A stretch of DNA of 64,000 nt from Candidatus Thorarchaeota archaeon (GTDB lineage Archaea > Asgardarchaeota > Thorarchaeia > Thorarchaeales > Thorarchaeaceae): assembly GCA_048882045.1 (NCBI GenBank), contig JBHLRZ010000002.1, positions 128,001 to 192,000 of the forward strand, in the 5' to 3' direction. The position numbers and the translations under genes are program-made. Shown one piece after another: positions 38,159 through 46,738 of this stretch (the stretch's first letter is position 1; every line of letters starts with the position of its first letter). Under the pieces are notes generated by a model, which was not told the origin of the DNA, did not search any database, and saw nothing but the letters and a program-made list of their open reading frames with translations.

Positions 38159-39541
38159 ATGACACAGAAATTGTTTGGCACATCCGGAATTAGAGGCTCA
38201 ATCATAGAGAAATCTACTCCTGATCTTGCTCTTGGACTTGGTAGAGCACTCGGATCTTTTCTTGATGGAAAAGGAACTGTAGGAGTAGGTACTGACGCTC
38301 GAACTTCACGAGAAGTACTAAGAAATGTCTTCGTCGGAGGAGTGCTCTCGACGGGAGTCCAAGTTGTAGACCTGGGGATAGCGCCAATGCCGACAGTCGC
38401 ATACTTCAGCGCATTCGATGACATCTCCGTTTCAGTCATCATCACTGCAAGTCACAATCCGCCAACAGACAATGGTTTCAAGTTCTTCAGTAGCGGAAGA
38501 GAGTTCATTCGATCTGAGGAGGAATTCTTGGAGAACTCCGTCTTCAATAAGCAGTACCTTTCTGCACCATGGGATAAGATTGGTCAATTATCAAAACGGG
38601 ACATCAAAATCGAATACCTCTCTAGCGTCAAGGAGTTCCTGTTGAAGAGAGGAGGTATCAGTTTGGGGACCAAAGTTCTCGTTGATTTGGCAAATGGAGC
38701 AGCTACTGAATATACCCCGACACTTCTCTCAGATTTGGGATTCTCTGTCACAACAATGAACTCTCATCAAGACGGACATTTCCCTGGAAGGCTTCCTGAA
38801 CCATCTCCAAGGAACTTGGGAGACGCTATGAAGATGGCTGCTGAGTCTGATTTTGCAGTGACTATGTGCCACGATGGTGATGGTGATAGACTAGCTGTGA
38901 TTGATGAGGAAGGAGAATTCATAGACCAGAACCGTGTCATTGCAGTCTTTGCTCGAGATGAGGTCGAGAGGAAAGGAGGCGGCGTGGTACTCACATCAAT
39001 CGACACTTCCAGTGTAATAGATGAGATTGTCAATGCTGCAGGAGGATCAGTCGTACGTATGCCACTCGGGTCACTTCAGGAGTATCTTGCTACAAAAGAT
39101 TGCAAGGATGTCGTACTAGGTTCAGAGCCTTGGAAACCGATCTTCACTGACCTTGGATTGTGGATGGATGGTATAACTGGCGCTGGTCGATTTGCTCAAC
39201 TGGTGGATGAGCTTGGTGATGGTAGCTGTATCAAGCTCATGAAAACGATACCAAAGTATCCCATTCTGAGGGACTTTGTTCCTTGTCCTGACAAAATTAA
39301 GCAGGCATTCTTACCACACGTGAAAGAGAAGCTTGTTCCAGCCATCAGTGGTGTTGAGAATGTCCTAGAAGTGGATGGAATAAGAATCGATTACAAGGAT
39401 GGATCGTATGTGTTGATCAGGGTTTCAGGAACAGAACCTAAAGCAAGACTGTATGTGGGAGCGAAGTCACAGCAAACTCTAGAAAAGACTGCTGACATTG
39501 CAAAGAAGATAATGGAACAAGCTCTGGACGAACTCAAGTGA
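38159..39541 (+). CDS. Phosphohexomutase (PGM/PMM/GlmM family)
   Basis: FGTSGIRG, TASHNP, DGDGDR, RVSGTEP. Confidence 0.92.
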   Translation: MTQKLFGTSGIRGSIIEKSTPDLALGLGRALGSFLDGKGTVGVGTDARTSREVLRNVFVGGVLSTGVQVVDLGIAPMPTVAYFSAFDDISVSVIITASHNPPTDNGFKFFSSGREFIRSEEEFLENSVFNKQYLSAPWDKIGQLSKRDIKIEYLSSVKEFLLKRGGISLGTKVLVDLANGAATEYTPTLLSDLGFSVTTMNSHQDGHFPGRLPEPSPRNLGDAMKMAAESDFAVTMCHDGDGDRLAVIDEEGEFIDQNRVIAVFARDEVERKGGGVVLTSIDTSSVIDEIVNAAGGSVVRMPLGSLQEYLATKDCKDVVLGSEPWKPIFTDLGLWMDGITGAGRFAQLVDELGDGSCIKLMKTIPKYPILRDFVPCPDKIKQAFLPHVKEKLVPAISGVENVLEVDGIRIDYKDGSYVLIRVSGTEPKARLYVGAKSQQTLEKTADIAKKIMEQALDELK

Positions 39542-39542
39542 G

Positions 39543-40160
39543 TTGACTGTCTTGACTATAATCCAAATTCTAGCTATCTGTGGAATGGTTAGCCCAATCA
39601 TATACACAATAATGTGGATCCTTGGGGGAATACTTGATCCAGAATATAGTCATGTAAGACAGGATGTCAGCTCTCTAATTGCAGTCAAAGCACCTAACAA
39701 GAAGCTTCTTGACAAATTCATCATCACATCCAGTATTCTCTTGTTGATTTTCTATCTTGGGTTGTTTTGGGGAATAAACAATGGAACTGGTTCAATCATT
39801 GGTCCTATCCTGTTTACAATCAGTGGACTCCTAGGGGTTCTTGTGGCTCTCTTCTTCCCCCTTGATACAGGTGGTGAAATGGTTACAACGCGTGGGAAAC
39901 TACATCTGATTCTCATTTCACTATCAGGAATATTGACAATTGCAGGTATGCTTGCTCTTTGGTTTGATTTAGCTGTTGACACTGTTTGGGGTACCTTTGC
40001 TACTTTTTCTCTGATTTCAGCAATATTGTCCCTCATCCTTGTGATAGCTACTTCATTTGCTACCAAAACCAATTACCTTGGATTGATAGAGAGGTTGATG
40101 GTCAGCACCTACCAAATCTACTACTTTGTATTTGCTCTGATGGTATTTCTGACTAACTAG
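39543..40160 (+). CDS. DUF998 membrane protein
   Basis: P.YSHVRQDVSSL, GL.ERL, multiple TM helices. Confidence 0.78.
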   Translation: MTVLTIIQILAICGMVSPIIYTIMWILGGILDPEYSHVRQDVSSLIAVKAPNKKLLDKFIITSSILLLIFYLGLFWGINNGTGSIIGPILFTISGLLGVLVALFFPLDTGGEMVTTRGKLHLILISLSGILTIAGMLALWFDLAVDTVWGTFATFSLISAILSLILVIATSFATKTNYLGLIERLMVSTYQIYYFVFALMVFLTN

Positions 40161-41427
40161 GGACACCCATTCCTGCGTACTCAAGCCAACTCTCCATCAA
40201 CTGTCTAGACTTCTTCCCAAACTTCTCTTGAATCAGATTAAGAAACGTGTCTGATGTGATAGAGTCGCTCTGTATGCAAGTTCTAGCAAACTCTCCTATA
40301 CCTTCTCTGAACTCTGTTATTCCCACAGATTCAGAAACCTCATGCAACAGAAGAAATCCTCTGAAATAGAAAGCTGCATGGGATTCCTCCTGTTCTCGAA
40401 CAAGTTCTCTGATTGCAGGCAAATCTCCTGCTTTCTCAAGCTGCTCTCTCACCTTAGCGGTATGGGATGAGAGAAAATCTTCTCTGACATAATCATTGAC
40501 AATGTGTATTGAGCAGAACTCTGCCAAGGCCTCGTCAACCCAGTTGTCGTAGGTCAATGGTGATGTTCTATTAAACCACTCATGACATATCTCATGACAA
40601 ATGGCTTGTAGAACTGCATTGTGTGAGCTCGATGTTGTCGGATAGCCCCCTCCAACCACAACCATTCCTGATCTGGTGTATGCCCCTCCCTGTTGCCGTG
40701 GAGTTATCACAAATTTCAACGGAATGTTTGTGCTTGGTGGGCCTAGCCATTCTTCCAACAATCTCCTCATTTCGTAGATGTGTCTGTCAAACCTCTTCTG
40801 TGACGACACCATGCTCTTGGGTCCCCAGAAGAAGCTGTCAGAATCGATTTGTGTATCTCTGATTGGTAATCCCACGAGTGTGATATCATTTGCTTGGCGG
40901 GTCTGATTCCATGTCCAAACAGAGTGCTTCTTGGATGGTTCGGTACCTACTTTTTTCCCATTTGCTATCCATGTCCAGTCGGAAGGACTGTTCAGAGTAA
41001 CATTGTAAGACATGTAGGTTTCCATGCTAAGTGGTACTGGGTACCAGGCACTATAACAGGCCAATTCGACAAAATCTCTCTTGATGTACCCCATTGTTGG
41101 CATTCCAGTGTTATTTTTCGGCGGATGTATCTGCCCAGAATATTCGAACTGAATCACCATGTCCTGGTCCCTTTCAATTTCTGAGTCTGCTTCGAACGCC
41201 CATAGATCTCCATTGTAGAACCGAGGGATCTTCATCTCATCTGTTTGATACAGTTTCACAGGACTACTCATTTCTATGATACGTTGTGGAACACCTTTCC
41301 ATTTTAGTCCACGATTCAATACGAAGAGGAACTTTTTTTGTGGCTCCGAAATTCGGACTTCGCCTCTCACTCCGAGCATTCCCTTTCTAGGATCAATCCT
41401 ACAGTTGAGAATGTAGTGAGCACACAT
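40153..41427 (-). CDS. M1-like (gluzincin) metallopeptidase
   Basis: HEICHEW...WVDEALAEF; YFRG. Confidence 0.82.
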   Translation of the reverse strand: MCAHYILNCRIDPRKGMLGVRGEVRISEPQKKFLFVLNRGLKWKGVPQRIIEMSSPVKLYQTDEMKIPRFYNGDLWAFEADSEIERDQDMVIQFEYSGQIHPPKNNTGMPTMGYIKRDFVELACYSAWYPVPLSMETYMSYNVTLNSPSDWTWIANGKKVGTEPSKKHSVWTWNQTRQANDITLVGLPIRDTQIDSDSFFWGPKSMVSSQKRFDRHIYEMRRLLEEWLGPPSTNIPLKFVITPRQQGGAYTRSGMVVVGGGYPTTSSSHNAVLQAICHEICHEWFNRTSPLTYDNWVDEALAEFCSIHIVNDYVREDFLSSHTAKVREQLEKAGDLPAIRELVREQEESHAAFYFRGFLLLHEVSESVGITEFREGIGEFARTCIQSDSITSDTFLNLIQEKFGKKSRQLMESWLEYAGMGVPS

Positions 41428-41546
41428 TTTGTTTCACTTGAAGAATGAGCATCTATCCACCTTTTGAATTGATTGAGCGTTTCGTCATGGAACTAAAAAT
41501 CAGCTTGTATAAAGAGTTAAAATGAAGGAATTCATCAACACTTGGC

Positions 41547-42818
41547 ATGAAAGAAGTGTGGTTGGTTGACTATGTTCGTACTCCATTTTCACGTTCACGT
41601 CCCAATAAACCAGAAACTGACGTATTTGGTGAGATTAGGGGTGACGAGCTCTTAGCTCGACTACTAATGAAATTCTTCGATGGATCATTGGCTGAAAAAG
41701 GAATTGAAAAGAAAGATATTGATGAGGTCACAGTAGGTGTGGCTTCTGGTGTCCTTGAGAACTGGACATATGGGGGAAAAATCCCCACTTTCCTGTCTGG
41801 GTTTCCATATGATGTACCATCAATGTTCATTGACCGCCAGTGTGGGTCAGCAGGTTCAGGAATGCACATTGGCATCATGGAAATCATGACTGGGTTCAGT
41901 ACAACCGTGCTGTCCACTGGTTTCGAGCACATGACTCGAGTGAGGGGAACCGGAATCGATCCAAATTTCTCCATGGCTGATAAAAACTCGGAGTTTTACA
42001 GACCCGGCTTTGATGCAGCTACAGTGTTCAACATGTTACAAACTGCCCAGAAATTGTACGAGGAAGAGGTCCCCACATTTACCAAGGAGGACATGGACAA
42101 GTTCGGTGTGAGAAGTCATAATTTGACCATCAAGAACCAAGAGAATGGATGGTTCAAAGGTGAAATAATCCCCATGGAGGGACATGCACCTGATAATGTT
42201 GACGAACCTATGATGATTGACAGAGACCTGAGTGCCCGACCATCGACCCTTGAGAAGGTTTCAACTCTTCCTAGGGTTTCAACACCGTTCTTCTTGGAGA
42301 AGAATGGGGGAAAAGAGGGTTACATCAAACGCGAGGGTACAGATGAGGGTGTAATCACTCCAGGCAACGCCTCTCCGTTAAATGCAGGTGCAACTGCTGC
42401 TGTTCTAATGGAGGCTGAGGAGGCCAAAAAGAGGGGCATAGAACCCATGGCAAAAATTGTTTCCATGGGGTGGGCAGGAGTTGATCCGACTGTCATGGGC
42501 CGTGGACCCGTTCCTGCGACCATCAAGGCTCTCAAGTATGCTGGATTAAGTGTTGAGGATATTGACTTCTGGGAAATCAATGAGGCATTCTGCATTGTCG
42601 CACTCAACTGCATGGACAAACTGAAGATTCCCGAAGAGAAGGTAAATGTCAACGGTGGTTCTACTGCCATTGGACATCCTCTAGGTTCGACCATGATCAG
42701 GTTGACTGGAACACTGGCAAGAATTCTCAAAGACAACAAGGCAAAGTATGGTGTTGCCAATGCGTGTGTTGGCGGTGGACAGGGTGTTGCCACCGTTATT
42801 GAGAATCTTGATGCATAA
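41547..42818 (+). CDS. Thiolase (acetyl-CoA acyltransferase)
   Basis: DRQCGS, EINEAF, GHPLG, CVGGGQG. Confidence 0.95.
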   Translation: MKEVWLVDYVRTPFSRSRPNKPETDVFGEIRGDELLARLLMKFFDGSLAEKGIEKKDIDEVTVGVASGVLENWTYGGKIPTFLSGFPYDVPSMFIDRQCGSAGSGMHIGIMEIMTGFSTTVLSTGFEHMTRVRGTGIDPNFSMADKNSEFYRPGFDAATVFNMLQTAQKLYEEEVPTFTKEDMDKFGVRSHNLTIKNQENGWFKGEIIPMEGHAPDNVDEPMMIDRDLSARPSTLEKVSTLPRVSTPFFLEKNGGKEGYIKREGTDEGVITPGNASPLNAGATAAVLMEAEEAKKRGIEPMAKIVSMGWAGVDPTVMGRGPVPATIKALKYAGLSVEDIDFWEINEAFCIVALNCMDKLKIPEEKVNVNGGSTAIGHPLGSTMIRLTGTLARILKDNKAKYGVANACVGGGQGVATVIENLDA

Positions 42819-42867
42819 TATAGTCTTCAAAGAATTTCACAAGAATGAGGGTACTAGGGAGCAGATC

Positions 42868-43653
42868 CTAGCTGATTCTGTATCTTGCCACTTCAGGATG
42901 ATCTAGAAACTCCCAACTACCATTAACTCCTTCAACAAGAGCACCCAACTCAACATGCAGCATCGCAATACCACAATCAAGCTCTCTTGAAACCCGAAAA
43001 TTTCTCCTTGTACTATCGGTTGATACAGTAATCGAGTCCGCATTGACTGAGAATCTCCACGGTTGTCTATTTCCGGCAGAGGGTGCAATCCTAGCCGCTT
43101 CTAATGCAGTCTTAGCCCAATCACTACTCACTTCACCCGCTATAATGAACTTACTTAGATCCTTTCGTCTATACTGTTTTGAAGACACGCCTACTCTGTC
43201 AGTGTCATCCTTCGAATATCCAATTGGTGTGATACCAAGAACCTTCTCACTGCTTATCAGATTGATTTGTTTAGCAACTTCTTCAGGTCTATAGAAACCT
43301 CCTACCCAACAAGTATTCAAGCCAAGAGCAGTGGCTTCAAGAATTACTCCTTCTCCAAGATATCCTGTAACTGCCTGAACATTAGGCACCTCCATATCAC
43401 CAATGAATGCGATATAGTACGGTGTTTCTGTCACTTTGTAGAAGAACTCACTCACTGCGCCTTTGAACACTCTTTCTCTTGGATTTCTAACCAGAACAGC
43501 TTTGGCTCCGGAATATGGTCTGAATTTGTTACAGATTTCTTCAATTCTAGAGGTCACATCATCACTTGGAACTTCGCCAGAATACTTTCTCTGTGAATGT
43601 CGAAGGAAAATTGCTTTGTACCAGGAATCTATAGGAATGTCCAAGATTGTCAC
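42868..43653 (-). CDS. Nitroreductase family protein
   Basis: RHSQRKY, LGLNTCWVGG, APSAGNRQPW, LDCGIAMLH. Confidence 0.9.
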   Translation of the reverse strand: MTILDIPIDSWYKAIFLRHSQRKYSGEVPSDDVTSRIEEICNKFRPYSGAKAVLVRNPRERVFKGAVSEFFYKVTETPYYIAFIGDMEVPNVQAVTGYLGEGVILEATALGLNTCWVGGFYRPEEVAKQINLISSEKVLGITPIGYSKDDTDRVGVSSKQYRRKDLSKFIIAGEVSSDWAKTALEAARIAPSAGNRQPWRFSVNADSITVSTDSTRRNFRVSRELDCGIAMLHVELGALVEGVNGSWEFLDHPEVARYRIS

Positions 43654-43711
43654 ACCATCTGATTAGAACAACTATCAAAATGAGATTAGTGTCTTCTTCT
43701 TTGACAATAAA

Positions 43712-43733
43712 TGGCGCAGGGGATTAGATTTGA
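43712..43733 (-). repeat. Degenerate tRNA-Ser 3'-end copy (att-like)
   Basis: TGGCGCAGGGGATTAGATTTGA vs spliced tRNA end TGGCGCCGAGGATGAGATTTGA (19/22). Confidence 0.65.
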
Positions 43734-43868
43734 CTTATATGATGGTTCCAACCCTCAAAGAATGTTTTTAATTTGTTAAACTAGCTCGTGATCACTCATT
43801 CAATTTATGCACACATATGTTCCCAGAACTATAGGACTGAGCGCATCATTCATGATCTTAGGGTTTCA

Positions 43869-44393
43869 CTATTCTTTGTCGGGATTAGGGTTGCCCTGTT
43901 CACTTTGAACTGGAGAATGGTATCCAAGCTTTTTGAGAGTTTTATATAGAAACTTGCTGGAGTCGAGTGATTCTGATGATCTCCAACGCTTTGCGAAATC
44001 TGCCTGAATAGGTTCAATCTTCTCCCACCATGCCATTGTCATTACTGCCATCGCTTCAGGTATTAGTTCTGCATCAGTAATCTTGTCTTCAATCAGCTTT
44101 CCCATCGAGTCAAAAAAGGAGCTAACATGAATGAACTTTGCCCAATTCTTCGAATTTCCAGTTGGTCCATATTTTGCCATGAACTGTTCAAAGTTGCTCC
44201 AGTTCCACTCCCCAACTACTTCGAACATATCCTCAAGGAACTTTTGGTCCGCCTGTTTATGAAAATCCAGGAATATAGATGCGCGTCTTGACTTCGCTAA
44301 ATTTCTAATAGAAAGTACACTCATGATCACTCCTATCACGACGCTCATTGCGGCTAGTATTATCGAAACAGTTTGTACATCTAACTCCTGCAT
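43869..44393 (-). CDS. DUF4760-like membrane-anchored protein (cassette cargo)
   Basis: N-terminal TM, F..KYGP, FFDSMGKLI, WWEKIEP; TATA-like element at 44421-44429. Confidence 0.65.
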   Translation of the reverse strand: MQELDVQTVSIILAAMSVVIGVIMSVLSIRNLAKSRRASIFLDFHKQADQKFLEDMFEVVGEWNWSNFEQFMAKYGPTGNSKNWAKFIHVSSFFDSMGKLIEDKITDAELIPEAMAVMTMAWWEKIEPIQADFAKRWRSSESLDSSKFLYKTLKKLGYHSPVQSEQGNPNPDKE

Positions 44394-44494
44394 GAGTATC
44401 GCCCCGAATCTCTTGTTTAATTTCACAGGACGATTCTCCCATATAAAAGACCTATCCAATTTTTGAGCCGATTGCGATATTCTCGAGCAATTTG

Positions 44495-44522
44495 AAAATG
44501 GTGCCGAGGATGAGATTAGAAC
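44495..44522 (-). repeat. tRNA-Ser 3'-end copy (att-like)
   Basis: AAAATGGTGCCGAGGATGAGATT matches 45150-45172 at 22/23 and continues AGAAC like the intron-less T-loop. Confidence 0.88.
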
Positions 44523-44572
44523 AAAGCCATCATCCGAATTCAAGATAAAATTCATAATCAAGATTAATCAAG

Positions 44573-45139
44573 TTGAGAACCATGGATTTTTGGACTGGAT
44601 TAATTGCTTGTTTTGATGAGGAATCAGTCTGCAGGTTGAAGGAATTATGGAGAATTTTGACAAATTCTCCAGATTTACATGGTCAAATATATGAGCGAGT
44701 ACCACCCCACATAACATTGTTTGAACATGAAGAAATAAGAAAACAAGAATTCTATGATGCATTAGAATCCGCTATTTCGAAATACAACTCCTTTTCACTG
44801 AAATTTACTGGTTTAACTACGTTTCCTGCTACCCATGTTTTCTATCTTAATCCAGAATATTCTAACAATCTTCATTCTTTAAGAAAACTCTGCCTCGAAA
44901 TATTAGAAGATCAAGGAGTAATTTTGAATCGAAAGCCCGATAGTACGTGGAATCCACACTTGACTCTTCTATTAGACCTCCCAACTCAAGAAATATCCAA
45001 AGCAGTTGAGATTTCCCAAAATTATCTTGATTTACAGATTACAAAGCCTTTTGTCGTAAAGATATCCCATATCGAATTATTCTCTTACCCTCCCTATAAA
45101 GCTGAAAAGAAGTTCTTTCTACACAAAGCAGCTGAGTAA
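44573..45139 (+). CDS. 2H phosphoesterase (2'-5' RNA ligase family; cassette cargo)
   Basis: Two HxT motifs (PHITL, PHLTL); visibly AT-rich. Confidence 0.85.
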   Translation: MRTMDFWTGLIACFDEESVCRLKELWRILTNSPDLHGQIYERVPPHITLFEHEEIRKQEFYDALESAISKYNSFSLKFTGLTTFPATHVFYLNPEYSNNLHSLRKLCLEILEDQGVILNRKPDSTWNPHLTLLLDLPTQEISKAVEISQNYLDLQITKPFVVKISHIELFSYPPYKAEKKFFLHKAAE

Positions 45140-45153
45140 TTGGAGAAGTAAAA

Positions 45154-45302
45154 TGGCGCCGAGGATGAGATTTGCTCAATCTCGTCGGATTGACGAAACT
45201 CTTGAACTCATGCGTGCGAACACACCGGTTGGCTTGGCCTTTGGCTTCCGAAGAAACCGGTTTTCAAGACCGGCGCCGTAATCCGGGCTTGGCTACCTCG
45301 GC
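45154..45302 (-). tRNA. tRNA-Ser(TGA) with a 37/38 intron (45231-45262) and a T-loop 58/59 intron (45172-45201); CCA encoded
   Basis: GCCGAGG TA GCC AAGCCCGGATTAC GGC G CCGGT CT TGA A|A ACCGG, variable arm TGTGTTCGCACG, ATGAG TTCAA|AT CTCAT CCTCGGC G CCA; both introns form BHB motifs. Confidence 0.93.
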
Positions 45303-45373
45303 TCAGCATTGCCACCGTTGGAAATGCCTTTTAAGCTTCTTGTCGTGGTTGGCCAAGAAGGTGACCCAAATCC

Positions 45374-45805
45374 TTGGAGCGCGGTTTCAACTATCACGAA
45401 CATACAGCCGACATCACAATAGAATGTTGGGCTCCTGACCTCATCGGGGCTTTTGAACAGGCAGCTCTGGCAACATTTGAGGTCATTCTTGACACCTCTA
45501 CTGTGAAACCTAGTGAAACCGTTGAAATCGAGATAACTGCGACAGACCTTGAGGAGCTATTGGTGGAATGGATCGGTGAGTTGATCGCACTGATTGACAT
45601 CAAGGGACAATTCTACTCCAAATTCTCAGTGGACCATATCGAAGCCACAACAAACGGCTACATACTGGAAGGTCGAGTTCTTGGTGAAACAATTGACCAC
45701 GACAAGCATGATACCCGAACAGAGGTCAAAGCCATGACGTATGCAGACTTGAGAATTCTTGAAGAACCAAATCGAACAATCTTATGGTTCACACTTGACC
45801 TTTAG
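45374..45805 (+). CDS. Archease
   Basis: EHTADI, EVKAMTY, LDL C-terminus. Confidence 0.93.
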   Translation: MERGFNYHEHTADITIECWAPDLIGAFEQAALATFEVILDTSTVKPSETVEIEITATDLEELLVEWIGELIALIDIKGQFYSKFSVDHIEATTNGYILEGRVLGETIDHDKHDTRTEVKAMTYADLRILEEPNRTILWFTLDL

Positions 45806-45817
45806 GAGGACTAAAAA

Positions 45818-46675
45818 TTGACGCTGAGAGTTGCCATTCCTGATACTACCCTGACAGACTGCTCTGACCTACGTCAGAAGACTGTGAAATCCGGATCGAT
45901 TGCCAGGGCTCTAGCCATATTTCGGGTCAATCATGTCTTTATCTATGAAACCGGGACCCTGACTGGTAATAAGACACGGGATGCAGATTTGCTGATGAAG
46001 CTGCTCAGGTTCATGGACACACCACAGTATCTTCGAAAAAAGATATTCCCGAAATCTCCATCTCTAAAGTATGCAGGCATCCTTCCGCCTCTTAGGACAA
46101 AGAGTCATCCATTAGAACAGATGAAGTCTGATCTACATGAGGGAGTCGTGAGATGGGGGGTACAGGTCAGGCCAGGAAAGGTCGACCTTGGTCTCGATAA
46201 GCTAATCGACTATCCCCAGACCATCAGCGAACGAGACCCCACATTGTTCCGTGTGAAGAAGGCTTCGCCCAAAATCATCCTAGAGATAATCGATCGCGAG
46301 GATGTTGAAGAGTACTGGGGTTTCTCTGTTGAAAGGATTCGAGAACTACGTCTTCTGCTTGAGGCGGAAGACGATTCCACCAGGATTGGGTTCTCAAGAA
46401 AAGCGCCTCACTTTAATAGACTTGAAACTGATCTGAAATCAACCATTGCGGGGACACAATCAGTTCTGGCTATCTTTGGTGGTCCCGGACATGGCATTCT
46501 CGAAGTCTTTGAAGAGGAACGTGAAACCATCAAGTCAAACATTGACTTCTGGGTTAATACAATCCCTCATCAGGGTACTGAAACTGTTCGCCTTGATGAG
46601 GCACTATTCGTGAGTCTTGGAGTATTGAACAGTTCTCTGGGGCAGATGATGACGAAACCAGGTTTTCATGATTGA
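45818..46675 (+). CDS. SPOUT RNA methyltransferase (COG2106/DUF171)
   Basis: IARALAIFRV, TPQYLRK, AGILPPL, NTIPHQGTETVR. Confidence 0.9.
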   Translation: MTLRVAIPDTTLTDCSDLRQKTVKSGSIARALAIFRVNHVFIYETGTLTGNKTRDADLLMKLLRFMDTPQYLRKKIFPKSPSLKYAGILPPLRTKSHPLEQMKSDLHEGVVRWGVQVRPGKVDLGLDKLIDYPQTISERDPTLFRVKKASPKIILEIIDREDVEEYWGFSVERIRELRLLLEAEDDSTRIGFSRKAPHFNRLETDLKSTIAGTQSVLAIFGGPGHGILEVFEEERETIKSNIDFWVNTIPHQGTETVRLDEALFVSLGVLNSSLGQMMTKPGFHD

Positions 46676-46738
46676 TACATACGTGACCTTTAAAGAAGAA
46701 ATTGCCATGGTTTTTACAATCGTTCATGAGGTTTCAAG

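Noticed and set aside
45172-45438. 88-aa ORF
   Set aside because: Antisense shadow of the tRNA-Ser gene
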